DNA of 64,000 bases from Malacoraja senta (taxonomy: Eukaryota): contig CM075992.1 of assembly GCA_038087875.1 (NCBI GenBank), positions 5,272,001 through 5,336,000 of the forward strand, written 5' to 3'. The position numbers and the translations under genes are program-made. Each line of letters begins with the position of its first letter. Within the stretch, counting starts at the first letter, position 1. The notes under the pieces were generated by a model. The model ran no database searches. It was not told the origin of the DNA and saw only the letters and a list, made by a program, of their open reading frames with translations. Below are positions 37,272 to 49,994 of the stretch, in pieces.

Positions 37272-38455
37272 TAACATATCTATCAGTAGTTTCACTGGAT
37301 GTATGATATTTTATTATCACGTGACAGGTCACAGTGAAATAACTGCCAGCAAAATCAGTCTGAAGAAGGGTCTCAACCCTTCGTCACCCATTCCTTCTCT
37401 CCAGAGATGCTGCCTGTCCCGCTGAGTAACTCCAGCATATTGTGTCTATCTTCGAGCAATCCATGATACATACATCAAAATATCCATGTATAAATTCACA
37501 GATATACATGGCCACATATCGAGCATGGTATAAATTTGTTGATATGTACACAGCATCAGAAGGTTTAGAATACTAATAACAAGGGAAATAAGAGAAGAAT
37601 AACCTCTGCTGCCCCAAACGCAAGAAGAGAAGAGGTAAATTCAGTGAATTTAAAAGCATCTGTCCCAAGTTGATGCAAATCAAACAGTGGTAGAAAGAAT
37701 AGCAACTGAGCAATGGTAGTATTACAACAGGGAATAAATAATACACACTGGTGCAAGACATTTCAAATAGAGAAAAGGGAAAGTACAGCTCCCTGGATGA
37801 CCAAAGATACAGAGGCACTGAGAAAGTTGGTGAACAAAATGTCAGAGTGAGTTATTACAATCTATAATGCACCGCTTGGAAGCAGGTTTAAGAGTAATTT
37901 ACAAAGGGTTACTCAAAAATGAAAACATTGCTTTTTATAGATGACTTATTCAGTAATATGACTGCAGCTTTACTGAATGTTTACTGGTAGATGTACATGC
38001 GAGTTTAATACCATGTTTGCTGGTGTGTATATTGTTGAGGTCACTGGTAACTTTGGTGTTTGATGGGTTTACCTGTGGGCAGGGCTGAACCACCATGGAG
38101 TTACAGAGCACGGAAACAGACCCTTTGGCCCAATTTGCCCATGCTGACCAAGGTCTACACTAGTCCCACCTGCCTGCATTTAGCCCATATTCCTCTAAAC
38201 TTTTCCTATCTATGTCCCTGTCCAAATGCCTTGTAACCAACCTTTTCACCAGAGGGGACGTATATCGAAGGAAGGACCAGAGAGGAGAGAAGGAACGGGG
38301 TTGGTATTACCTGGATAATCCTTTCAAGGAGCCTACACAGACACAAACAATCAGCCTTGGAATCTCTAGTGCGCCATTCTACAATGATTCCTTAAAACAC
38401 CAGGAACAAACTCATTGATAAAAGTGGTAGTAACTCACCACATAGGGACTAGGAC

Positions 38456-38721
38456 AAACTGTGGAATAGCATCGCGCTCCTCATCAGAACTGCCCCCACC
38501 ATCGACTCCTTTAAGTCACGACTCAAAACCTATTTCTACTCCCTAGCGTTTTTGAGGCCCATCTGAGGGGGCGCTGTAAACAGTTTATGTATGTATTGTT
38601 AGGTCTGTCTACCGTTGTATGTATCAAATTAGTAGCTGCACTGATGTGAAGCACTTTGGTCAAAGTGAGTTGTTTTTAAACATGCTATACAAATAAATAT
38701 ATTATTATTATTATTATTATT
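38456..38721 (+). mobile_element. L2 LINE 3' end
   Basis: KLWNSIALLIRTAPTIDSFKSRLKTYFYSLAF, 3' stem-loop, aataaa plus (ATT)n tail. Confidence 0.8.
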
Positions 38722-40789
38722 TAGCAGTATATTTTAGAATATGTGGAGATTGCTATAAATCTACTGGAGCACCAACCAATTGTCAAGACAGCACGACAGC
38801 GACAACACTGGTGTTGGGGGATATGAGGATCAAAGAGCAGCTCTCTTGGTGAAAGCAGAGCACTGGCTAAGTACTAAAGAGAATTGTCTTAAAAAGTGAG
38901 CACGTCATAATAAAATGGTATATATCAGGAAACCGGATCAGTTTAAATTCCATTTGGAATATTTTGGAGGACCAAGAAACCAAGAACAGATAGAAAGGAA
39001 GTGTGTGAAAGGTTCAGCGTACGTCAGCATGTCTGGATGGGATGCATCCTTGTCTCCACAAGATGATAAGTATGATGACACTGTTCATTTATCAGTTGTG
39101 TGGGGCCCATATCATAGAACTGAAGAAGTGTTTTGGCCCGAAGCGTTGCCTATTCCTTCGCTCCATAGATGCTGCCTCACCCGCTGAGTTTCTCCAGCAT
39201 TTCTGTCTATCATTGAACTGGAGACTTGCAAATGATGCGTCCTTGTTTGGGAAGCAAAGTGCTGGATGAACTCATCAGGTCAGACAGGCATCTGTTGCGG
39301 AGGGAATGGATAGACAATTTTGCGGGTTTGGACTGGCAATACAATCAGTCTGAAGAAGATTCGTCTGGCCATTCGCTACACAGATATTGCCTGATCTGCC
39401 GACTTCCTCCAGCACTTTGTATTTTGCTCAAGATTGCAGCATCTGTAGTTGTAATAGTAATAGTAATAGTAACTTTATTGTCAATTCAAATAATGCAACA
39501 AGTAGTTACACAGAGGATTGAAATTGCGTTTCCCCAGTTAATTGTGTCACTAACCCTAATCAATGGTGGAGAAATGTGTGAAGAGAATTGCTTCTCAAAA
39601 GCAGCTGTCATTTTGAAAAATATATCAAAGAAGCAGGGTCATTTATCAATCCAGATTTGTATTAACATTAACATATTAGTTTATAACTTGGCCTCATGTT
39701 TGGCACAAACATTGTGGGCCAGAGACAATTCCTGTTCTGTATTGTTCTATGTTTTGACACTCAATAAAAGAGCTACTGGAAAACTCATTGATTCACGCAC
39801 CAGGTCATGTCTATTCCATCTAGCCTTCTCCAATATATATTCAGATATTTAAAAATCTTAATTATTATTAAGATGTTGGTTTAATATTCTTCTGAAATTT
39901 CCCCCAACAATATTGCTGTCCACAATATATAACCAGTGCTTTACCAAATGCACGAGCCCCCAAGGTTCAAGACTGTGAAAGTACTTTTGATGAATACTGG
40001 TACTATTATAGAATTAATAATACTTATTACTAATAATACAATTTCTACTTTTTCCACTTCACTATTGCTGTGAAGAAACAGCAGGCAGTTAAGCTGAAAT
40101 TCTGTCATGCTAGCTCTTGTGTGAACAAGATTTCTAACCTCTAACCTTCTAACATCACCTCAAGATCTTGCGGCAACTTACACCTTCAACTCAGAAACCT
40201 CATTGATCAAGCTGTCGTTTACAATCTATGCAAGGCTTTGTCCTGCCACTCCTCTCTTCTAACTTTCACAACTCGCCACCCTCCCCCCAACCCCACAACC
40301 CATCCTTCTCTCACAATCAGTCTGAAGAAGGGTCCCAACTGGAAACGTCATCTATCCATGTTCTCTAGATGCTGCATGACGCTGAGTTGCTCCAGCATTT
40401 TGTGTCTTTTTTTGTAGATCAGCATCTGCAGTTCTTGTATTCCAATTATCATTTACATACAAGGATTCTAATCTCAATTTACCTCAGTGACCACTGCTCT
40501 CCTGTCTAATCCATCCTGATTCTGGATTAGCCTTTACTTTAACGGAGTTCCTCCATCCCAACCCATGTTGTCTCTGCCATCTCCAACATTGGTATCCACA
40601 ATACATGACCAGTAAGTTACCAAATAGATGAATCCTGAAGGTTTATGGCTGCAAGGTCACTCCTCCAGGATCCGTTCTCTCTGGTAGTTTAGCCCTGTCC
40701 CACAGGTAAATACAGACATGCAACAAAGGCTTTTCCCTGTACCATGGTACAGGTGATAATAAACAAAAAACTAAACAAAAACACATTTG

Positions 40790-41064
40790 GTAGGTCATTT
40801 AGGACTGAGATGAGGAAAAACTTTTTCACCCAGAGAGTTGCGAATCTGTGGAATTCTCTGCCACAGAAGGCAGTGGAGGCCAATTCACTGGATGTTTTCA
40901 AGAGGGAATTAGATTTAGCTCTTAGGACTAAAGGAACCAAGGGATATGGGGGAAAAACAGAAACAGGATACTGATTTTAGATGATCAGCCATGATCATAT
41001 TGAATGGCAGTGCTGGCTCGAAGGGCCGAATGGCCTACTCCTGCACCTATTTTTCTATGTTTCT
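40790..41064 (+). mobile_element. CR1 LINE 3' fragment
   Basis: FRTEMRKNFFTQRVANLWNSLP. Confidence 0.9.
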
Positions 41065-42191
41065 ACATCACCAAAGTCACTGTTAAACTGAACAATGTAC
41101 ACACCAGCAAATGTATAGTGAAACTCAAGATAGACACAAAATGCCGGAGTAACTCAGGACAGGCAACATCTCTGAATAGAATGAATGGGTGATGTTTTGG
41201 GTCGAGACCCTTCTTCAGACTGAGAGTCATAGGACAGGGAGACAAATAGATGTAATAATTAAACTCGCTGGTACACATGGCCTTCACACCTACCAGAAAA
41301 GCAACTATAAACACTCAAAAAAACTGCAGTAATGTTACTGAATCCATAAAAGGCAAACTCAAACTACAACTGTGGTAAATTAGGAATTTTAATTCAGTTG
41401 AAAGAATCTCAAAACTCATTTTTGGTGAAATGTTACATTATTATTCAATTGGAGAATGGCTTCTGCCATCCATGCCAGGTCAAACGTATAGAGACTACAA
41501 TCTCACCAGCACCAGCACCAAATCATATTCAGTACATATCAAAGGCAATGGATTTTGCAGCATTGATAGGGCAACAGAGGTTTTGGGGACCTTGCCAGTA
41601 ATGTCCACATCCTGAAAAAGAATGCTTGAAGACAGCGCTGAATCTGCCAGACATCTCACTGAAACACTGTTGGCTGTACATTATCCAAATATTTTGATCA
41701 GCTTGTTGTTGGTGTTTTAGATTGCGTTATGTAGATGGAAGCTCAGTAACAGGCCCTTCAGGCCACAATGCGTGTGCCAAACATGATGCCAAGATAAAAT
41801 AATCTCCTCTGCCTGCAAGTGATCCATACCCCTCCATTCCCTGCATAACTTGTGCCTATCCAACTAAAAACTCTTAAATGCCACTATTGCATCTACCCCC
41901 ACCACCACCACCTGTGGCAATGGCCAGGCATCCACCACCCTGTCCAAAAGTCCTGCCCTGCCCACCTGCTTAAAACTTTGCCCCTCTTACCTTAAAGCGA
42001 TGCCCTCTAGTCTTTAACACTTCCATCTTGGGGAAAAAAAGCTTCCGACCGCCTCCCCTAATGTGCCGCTCTTAATGTTATATACAAGTCTCCCCTCAGC
42101 CTCCGACAATCAAGAGAAAACAAATCCAAATTTGTCAACTCTCGCCTTGTAACTAATATTATTTATCCATTCAACATTCTGGTAAACCAGT

Positions 42192-42219
42192 CTGAAGAAG
42201 GGTCTCGACCCGAAACGTC
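42192..42219 (+). ncRNA. Minimal hammerhead ribozyme motif in PLE end (42187-42320)
   Basis: CUGAAGA-A-GGGUCUCGACCC-GAAAC-GUC. Confidence 0.6.
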
Positions 42220-42413
42220 ATCTGTTCCTTCTCTCCATAGATGCTGCCTCACCCGCTGAGTTTTTCCAGCATTTTTTGTCTACGTTCGATTGTTCCAGCA
42301 TCTGCAGTTCTTTCTTAAACATTCCGGTAAACCTCTTTGGTGCTATATACTGTAAACACTACACCTTGTATATTATTCCCCATTCCACGATTTTAAAAAA
42401 AATGAATAGCTTA

Positions 42414-42697
42414 AGGGCCTGTCCCACGGTGCGAGTTCACCCAAGAGCTCTCCCGAGTTTTAAAAAAATCAAACGTGGTAAGTACATAGAATGTATGTAG
42501 CGGGAATGTCGGATCTCGTGGATGTCTCGTAATGCTAACGGCAGGTACTCGGGAAACGCGGAAACTCGTGAGGTTTTTTCAACAGTGTGAAAAATTTCCA
42601 CGAGTAAAAAAATACTCGCGATGAGGTACCACGAGTTTGATTTTTTTTTTAAACTCGGGAGAGCTCTTGGGTGAACTCGTATCGTGGGACAGGCACT
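42414..42697. mobile_element. PIF/Harbinger-type MITE, 284 bp (family of 52304-52588)
   Basis: About 45-bp TIRs AGGGCCTGTCCCACGGTGCGAGTTCACCCAAGAGCTCTCCCGAG. Flanks are TTA / TAA (imperfect TSD). Confidence 0.85.
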
Positions 42698-42894
42698 TAA
42701 CTCTACCAAAGCAGGCGCATGTTTTTTACTGTGTTAACTATCCTCACTCTAGAAACTAATACTTCATTGGTGCCAGAGCCACATCCACTGGGAGGTTGCA
42801 GCAGACAGCATTGAACTAGTTGGACTTGGGCAATGCTGGGCTGAGCTGCAACACATAGAGGGAACTGTCCAAGAATAATACTCCAGACGTACGA

Positions 42895-43745
42895 CGGCAT
42901 AATGGTGCAGCGGTAGAGTTGCTGCCTTACAGCGCAAGAGACCCCAGTCCAAACCTGACTACGGGTGCTGTCTGTACGGAGTTTGTACATTCGTCCAGAG
43001 TCCTGCATGGAGTTCCTCCGGGTGCTCCGGTTTCCTCCCACACTCCAAAGACGTGCAGGTCCAATTCTACACGGCCATCGTAGAGTCTGTTCTCACCTTC
43101 TCCATCATGGTCTGGTTTGGCTCAGCCACCAAGCACGACACCTGGAGGCTGCAGTGAATCGTCCGATCAGCGGAGAAGATTATTGGCTGCAACCTTCCCT
43201 CCATTGATGAACTGTACACTGCAAAGGCCAGGAAGTGAGTGGGCAAGATCATCTCTGACCCCTCTCACCCTGACCACAAACTCTTTGAATCACTTCCCTC
43301 TGGAAGGCGACTCCGGATTGTCAAAGCTGCCACAGCCAGACATAAAAACAGTTTTTAATCCACGAGTAGTTGCTCTACTCAACAGCCAAAAATCTGTAGC
43401 CTCCCTTTGATCTGGTATTTTGTTGGTTCACATGCTTGATCAATGGTGTTTTATCATTAATGTTTTATTATTATTAATGTTTAGTGTTTTCTGAGTCATT
43501 CGTAACTGTCACTGTATGTCATGTTGTTACTTGTGGGCGGAGCACCAAGGCAAATTCCTTGTATGTGAATGCTTGGCCAATAAACATACTTACTTATGTT
43601 ACTTATGTTTCGGTAAAAATTTGCTTCCGTAAAAATTGTAATTTGTCCCTAGTATGGAGGATAGTGGTAGTGTTCGGGGATCGCTGGTCGGCGCGGACTC
43701 GGTAGACCAAAGGGCCCGTTTCCATGCTGCATCTCGAAACTAAAC
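42895..43745 (+). mobile_element. HE1 SINE split by a Rex1/Babar fragment (43061-43610)
   Basis: Insert translates FYTAIVESVLTFSIMVWFG...DPSHPDHKLFESLPSGRRLR with stops. SINE halves lie on both sides. Confidence 0.85.
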
Positions 43746-46184
43746 AAGTTGGTACAAGATCCTGAGTTATCGGTTACAAAACTGGCAGGTGGTCACCTGG
43801 ACATTTCTTTCATCAAGTTACAATTTGGGATGGGGGCAAGGAAAAAGTAAGAAGGTAGGGGAGGTGGGCCAAGGGGATGGGTAATGGAAAAATACTGGAC
43901 AACACAGGGAAGCAACACCAACTAACTAGAATGATGGATGGATATCCTTGGCTTCCTTTTGTACTGGAAGTCAGTCCTATTCTTTTGCTGGACCGGCCAA
44001 GGTTAATAGCTGTGGACAAAGCAAGGTTAAATCCTTCTGCAATCACCACTGCTAATTAAATAGTCTTGCAATCTTCATTGCCAAGTGCCCAAGTCTGGAT
44101 TGGCATCCTCTGTGCCTCTAGCCTCTCCACGCTAATTAAATCCCAAAATCTTGGTCCCAGTCCAATGATACATTTCTCTTCCAATTTCTGCAAAATAGCC
44201 ATTGCTCTTAAAGTGCGATGCCCAAAACCGAACACCAGACACATGGTGCCCAAACAAAGACTTATAAAGAAGACACAAGGAACTGTAGCTGCTTGAATCT
44301 TGAACAAAAACAAAGCGCTCAGCAGGTTATGCAATATTTGTGGAGGAATGGACAAGTGACATTCGGGTCGGGACCCTTCTTCAGACTGGTGTATATCGAG
44401 GTTCAATTTATAATGTTTCAGCATTACATCTGCCTCCTTTTTAAAAAACCTTAAAAAAAAAAATTGTTTTTTCTTATCCAGTGATAGACACAAAATGCTG
44501 GCGTAACTCAGCGGGTCAGGTGGCGTCTCTGGTGAAAAGGAATGTGATGTTTCAGGTCAAAACCCTTTTTCAGACTCTTATCCAGTCATCTTTAAAGACG
44601 TGTGTGTCCACACACTATCTGGTCTCTTCAAAATTGTACTTTTCAGTTCATATTTCTTCCCATTTGTCCTGCCCAAAGTCTTTTGCTTCACAGTTCTATC
44701 ATTCCATGTGTGTTGTTAATGAACCGCAGAGTGAGTTTCTCAGTGGATGCAAAGGGAGGAGGAGAGTGAGCCCAGAGCATTTGACCACAGATTTCTTCCA
44801 GTTTAGATGACACAAAGTGCTGGAGTAACTCAATGTGTCAGGCAACGTCTTAGAAAAATGCAGATACCAATGCAAATGATGTTTCAGGTCGCGGCCCTTC
44901 TTCAGACTGCATTGTATTTCTTCCAGTTTACATACAGTTAAAACTCCAAGCGAATTGTGAAAGATGTCCTTGGCAAAAGGGAGCACAACTCCGACAATCT
45001 GGCACCTTTGGTGGAGCAGGATTAGCAGAGTTTCCGGACTTTTGGACGTGACTTGGTATTGAGACCCCAACCAACACATTATTATTTCGCTTTGTTTGTT
45101 TAAACATGTTACAAAGATGATATAATAATGTTTCCAGTGAATTTAAAAGGAGCAGGAAATAGGCAACGCTGCTCCAGACCCCCCATTCCATCTACAAACT
45201 AACCGACGTCCCTGACCCCTGGTGTTCCACACCCCCAGCTATACACCTAGACTATAGTCCAGACCACAGCTCCGGCCACAGATCCCGCTTGCTCTCCGGA
45301 CCCTGCCTCACAATGTTGTAGACCATCTACAGTTCAAATGAATCCTCAATCACTGTCGTTTCCCTTGATAACCCGTGTAGAGCAAACCATTACAGAGAGT
45401 TAAACAGAAGATGTGGCGCATCATGTTCCACACAGCAAAGGGGAGAGGAAGAGTGAACTCATTCACTCCGTTGACGCTAATACCACAAGATTACCACAAA
45501 GCAGGAAGGAGCAGTAGACAAGAGCTGTTTGCTTTTTGATAACGACTTATGTTTATGTAGCATCTCGAATGTAGTTAAGTATTTTCAGTTCATAAGTTTT
45601 AGGAGCAGAATTAGGCCATTCAGCCCATCAAGCCTACTCCGCCATTCAATCATGGCTGAGCGATCTTTCCCTCTCAACCCCATTCTCCTGCCTTCTCCCC
45701 ATAACCCCATACACCCGTATTAATCAAGAATCTATCGATCTCTGCCTTAAAAATATCCATTGACTTGGCCTCCACAGCCTTCTGTGACAATGGATTCCAC
45801 CAGTTGAGTTAACAAACTGCTGTAGCCAAACAAAATCTGAGCCCAAAGACGTACGAGTATACAAGTTAATCAGCCCCTGTAAATTATCCCTGGTGTGTGG
45901 TAGAATGGGAGGATCTGGGGGAGTTAACGGGAATGTGGGGAGAATTACATTTGATGAGATGAGCGTGAATGCATGGTTGATTGTTGGTGGTGGAGTCGAT
46001 GGGCTGAAGGGCCTGTTCCGGTGCTGTATCTCTCTTTCCTGACTCTGTGAATGAATCTGCTTCCACTGTCCTTTCAGCCAGGGAACTCTGGCCTGGGAGT
46101 ATTTGCAGTGTGATAAAAGTGTTGCTCTCATCACTCCTGAGCTCTTTAGCTAATCACTGAATCTGTGTAAAGCACCAGGGACGG

Positions 46185-46460
46185 CAGCCTGCGTGGACGG
46201 AATACATAGGCAACTTTTTTGGGGTCAGAATCCTTCTTCAGACTGATTGTAGTAGGGGGGGAAGAAAGCTGGAAAACTGGAAAAGAGGTGGGGATGGGAC
46301 AAAGCTTAACAAGTGAGATACAGGTGAGAAGGGCCGATTGGCCGATCCTTAGAGTAAGTGACAAAGGCTGGAGATAAAAAGGTGTCAAAAGATTGTCAGA
46401 TAAGGAGAAGAGTGAAACATAAAGCCAGAGGGAGGAATGTCAATGGAAGTGGATAAAGAA
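46185..46460 (-). mobile_element. Degenerate Penelope-like 3' region
   Basis: ccttcttcagactgattgtagt followed by a purine-rich PLE UTR. Confidence 0.6.
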
Positions 46461-46613
46461 GCTGGGGGGGGGGGGGGGGGTGGACTATGGAACAGTGGAA
46501 CAAATGATGAACACAGGAAAGGAGGAGTTGTGGGACAGAAAAGAGAGATTTTAGGTTTAGGCTCATTATTGTTACATGTACCGAGGTTCAATAAAAAGCT
46601 TTGTTTTGCATGT

Positions 46614-46775
46614 TACATAGAAACATAGACAATAGGTGCCGGAGGAGGCCATTCGGCTCTTCGAGCCAGCACCGCCATTCATTGTGATCATGGCTGATCG
46701 TCCCCAATCAATAACCTGTTCCTGCCTTCTCCCCATATCCCTTGACTCCACTAGCCCCTAGAGCTTTATCTAACT
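46614..46775 (-). mobile_element. CR1 LINE 3' end
   Basis: catagaaacatag tail and reverse-complement CR1 3' UTR. Confidence 0.8.
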
Positions 46776-48723
46776 CCGATCAGATCAGGTAACAATATAC
46801 ATAATTACAATCAAGTCAAATTCAAGTGGAATAGGTAGAGCAAAGGGGAAGATACAGAGTGCATAGTTCTCATCACTGTAACATACCAGATCGATGTCCA
46901 CAATGGGGTAGTGGTGAATCAGATGGTATCCCAAGCCCTTGAAGGTGAAGGGTCTGTTACTTAAAATTGGAAAATTCAATGGTCACACACAAGGTGCTGT
47001 TGTGTTGGAAGGAACTGCAGATGCTGATTTCCATCGAAGATAGACACAAAATGCTGGAGTAACTCAGCGGGTTAGGACTCTTCCCGAAACGTCACCAAAT
47101 CCTTTTCTCCAGCGATGGTGCCTGACCCACTGAGTTACCCCAGTATTTGGTGTCTAGCTACCAGGTGCTGTTCTTCACTCTGGCGATGGAGGCCCAGGAC
47201 AAAAATGCCGGTATGAGAATGGGAAGGCAAATAAAAATGGTGAGCTTCTATGGCTCCAACCTCAACAGCTTGTGTTTAGAACGAAGGCGACACGGTGGGC
47301 CAGGACAGAGGCCCGGAGACGGGGAGGGGAGAGAAGACCATTGAATGTACACCCTGTCTCTGTTTGTCTCCTTCCCAGCGGATGTCGGGAAGGTGAAATG
47401 TCATTTCTCAAGAGCTCCTCCAGCATTCAGCAACTGGCTGCTGCAGAGGGCTGACAGATACTGGACCAGTTTTTAATTTCGTTGTACATGTTTACATGTT
47501 ATAATGACAATAAAGTATTCATTCATTCAATGGGTGCACACACAAAGCGTCATGTTAATTTGGAGAGGGGCAGCGAGGAAAAAAAGGAGTTGGGGGGGGG
47601 GGGGGTTGGTGGAGGGACCTTGGGCACCAAGTTCAGAAGTCAGATTCCAACTAAAATAAGAAAAGTTAGCATCACCCCTTCCAAACAGAAATAAATTGTT
47701 ACGCTGCAGATATTGCCTCACGGCAAGGGATAGAGGAAAAAAGGGGAAAAAAGAATTTTGAGGGGGAAAAAAAGGGATCCTTGCAGGAGTGAGTTGGAAG
47801 GAACTGTAAATGCTGGGTTGCACAGAAGATAGACACAAAATGCTGGAGTAACTCAGCGGGTCAGGCAGCATCTCTGGAGAGAAGGGAGATGCTGCCTATC
47901 CCGCTGAGTTACTCCAGCGTTTTGTGTCTATCTTGCAGGAACGAGCTGTATTGGCAGCCTGTGCCTCAGACAATGGAGCGAGTCAGTGGGCCTGAATATT
48001 TCACTGACTAACGAGGATCTCGTCTTGTCGAGGCTAAACTACAATGCAAGTCACTCTAGCATTTTGTGTCTACCTTCCATGCCAAAGTAGAACTGTGGAC
48101 ATGGCCACACCCTGGTCACATTATCACCGGGCTTGTGGTGGATTGTCCCAGCCCCTACAATAGACCTGGGCGCTCTCTTCGCCATTCCATTCTGTCTGCC
48201 TTCAAGTCGTGGGTTCCCAAGGAGACTGAGTTGTGAAGGATTACCCGGCCGTAAACCAAATCTCCACAACCCACCCTCCCTCCCTCCCTCCTCTACCCCC
48301 CGACCCTATAACCTCCTTCCATCGCGAGTAATCGACTTATTGGAAAGGGAGGGCTGTGCCTGAATTCACTGCCAGAATTCACTGAACTCCCTGACCAACT
48401 TGGATGAAGGGCATGTGAAAAAAAAAAACTTAAAAGTGGGATCAAGCATTTTGGATTCTTTCTTTAGCCTTGTGTTGCTGCGGTTGTGTTAGCATCATCA
48501 TATGACGGGCAGCTGCTGTAATCTGCATCTTTTGGAGTTCAAAGCCAAATTCAACAACAAAACTCATCCCGCGAATGGGATGATTTGCAACTTTTCCCAA
48601 CACACAGGAGAGGTTCCAGAATGGGATTCATCAAGTATCAAGTATCCTTTATTGTCATTCAGACGTTTCAGTCTGAACGACATTTCGTGCCTCTTTTTCA
48701 ATGTTTGATGCAAGTTGACATTA

Positions 48724-48725
<2 letters not shown>

Positions 48726-48772
<47 letters not shown>
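48726..48772. repeat. (GT)n microsatellite in proximal intron 1
   Basis: Direct. Confidence 0.95.
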
Positions 48773-48776
<4 letters not shown>

Positions 48777-49166
48777 ACCCGGCGCCGCAAATGCAAAGGG
48801 ATTTGGGGGGGCAATATTGCGGTAAATCTGCGGGCTTTTGTCTTTCAATGGCCCCATTAAACTGCAGAACAAATGACCGACTGTACGGCTGAAAGCCGGT
48901 GCATTTGGTGAGCGACGCTCAGCAAACACTGGGGCTTTTCTGTCCACTTTGAAATCCGTCTCCTTATAAAAAAAAACCACACGAGATAAAAATCTGCTGT
49001 TTTCGACACAGCCGTTTGCAACAGTCAGAAATATAAAGTTTCCCAGATCTTGCAGCTGGGAGCACAAATTAATTTCGTTGAGTTCAAACACAAAGGGTTC
49101 TTGGAGAGTGAAGACTCGTCCCGCAGTTAGCTGTGAAATGCAGTGATTTGCAACCAACTAAAACCA

Positions 49167-49174
49167 TTCCCACG
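49167..49174 (-). promoter_or_regulatory. Candidate RBPJ/CSL site CGTGGGAA about 140 bp into intron 1
   Basis: Plus-strand TTCCCACG is the high-affinity CSL consensus, in unique CpG-rich DNA. Motif match only. Confidence 0.35.
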
Positions 49175-49315
49175 ATCGTTCAGCAACACATTATTTTACA
49201 TACACATGCCACCTGATACTATGCAGAAAACCCATCGCAAATCCTGATTCCCCCCCCCCCCCTGTCCTGTACAGATACTTCTTGCAAATAAAGTTTTCCT
49301 TAAATCAAACCGTAC

Positions 49316-49376
49316 CTTCACAAAGCGCCGTCAGACAGACTCCCCAAAGTAAATTCCAGAGTTTTAAATCCCCCAT
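49316..49376 (-). CDS. notch3: Notch receptor, coding part of exon 1 (signal peptide MGDLKLWNLLWGVCLTALCE plus phase-1 G)
   Basis: ATG in strong context (GCAATGG). 61 nt encode a hydrophobic signal-peptide-like stretch ending at donor GAAG|GTACGG, inside a CpG-rich non-repetitive region. Splices in frame to the exon at 32025-31944 (G+CT=Ala). The Notch family call is strong; notch3 over notch2 is my inference from resemblance to teleost Notch3 N-termini (MGNYSLW...) and human NOTCH3 EGF1 (EAACL). Confidence 0.8.
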
Positions 49377-49794
49377 TGCTCGCAGTTTTAAAGTTCCGAG
49401 ATTTTCTCCGATTGCACGTTTAACTTATACATCCGTCCAAACGTGGAGCCCAGGGTTTCTTTGTGATCATGGAGAAAGGCGGGGGAATTTATACACTTTT
49501 TTTGTTTTTAAATAGACAAAGCGTCGGGAGAACCCTCGGCTCGAACCCCCGATCCCGCGCCTCCAAACTTCAGAGCAAACTTTTTGAAAAGTTCATCACC
49601 GCTGGCAGCCTGGAGTAGCGCAGCGGACTGTATCCCTCCGCGCCGCACGGGGGGTTGTGCCAATTGACTGGGTCCAGTGCTCACCCGGGTCGCTGCTGCT
49701 CGGAAACTCCCAGGCAACAGCCCCCCGAGTGTGTCCCGTCCCCTTAAGCACTCCTCTTGCTTCAACTGGAGAGGGAGAGGGGAAACACAATCGG
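49377..49794 (-). promoter_or_regulatory. CpG-rich 5' UTR / proximal promoter region of the Notch gene (runs into an assembly gap)
   Basis: Repeat-free, CpG-dense sequence directly upstream of the ATG, with a CCAAT (~49660), a GC-box-like GGCGGGGG (~49478) and a minus-strand TATAAA (~49493). The TSS cannot be determined. Confidence 0.6.
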
Positions 49795-49994
49795 NNNNNN
49801 NNNNNNNNNNNNNNNNNNNNNNNNNNNNNNNNNNNNNNNNNNNNNNNNNNNNNNNNNNNNNNNNNNNNNNNNNNNNNNNNNNNNNNNNNNNNNNNNNNNN
49901 NNNNNNNNNNNNNNNNNNNNNNNNNNNNNNNNNNNNNNNNNNNNNNNNNNNNNNNNNNNNNNNNNNNNNNNNNNNNNNNNNNNNNNNNNNNNNN
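49795..49994. other. Assembly gap (200 N) in the Notch promoter region
   Basis: Run of N. Confidence 1.

Noticed and set aside
39226..39852. 208-aa ORF with a hydrophobic stretch
   Set aside because: Runs through decayed PLE, a (GTAATA)n repeat and retroelement tails. No recognisable domain.
42411..42700. piggyBac/Kolobok classification from TTAA at both ends
   Set aside because: Related copies at 4890, 31278, 37033 and 52304 show 3-bp TAA/TTA duplications with the terminal A/T belonging to the element, which fits PIF/Harbinger.
48564..49157. 197-aa minus ORF in intron 1
   Set aside because: Crosses a (CA)n microsatellite and a retroelement tail, has a non-ATG start and no domain.
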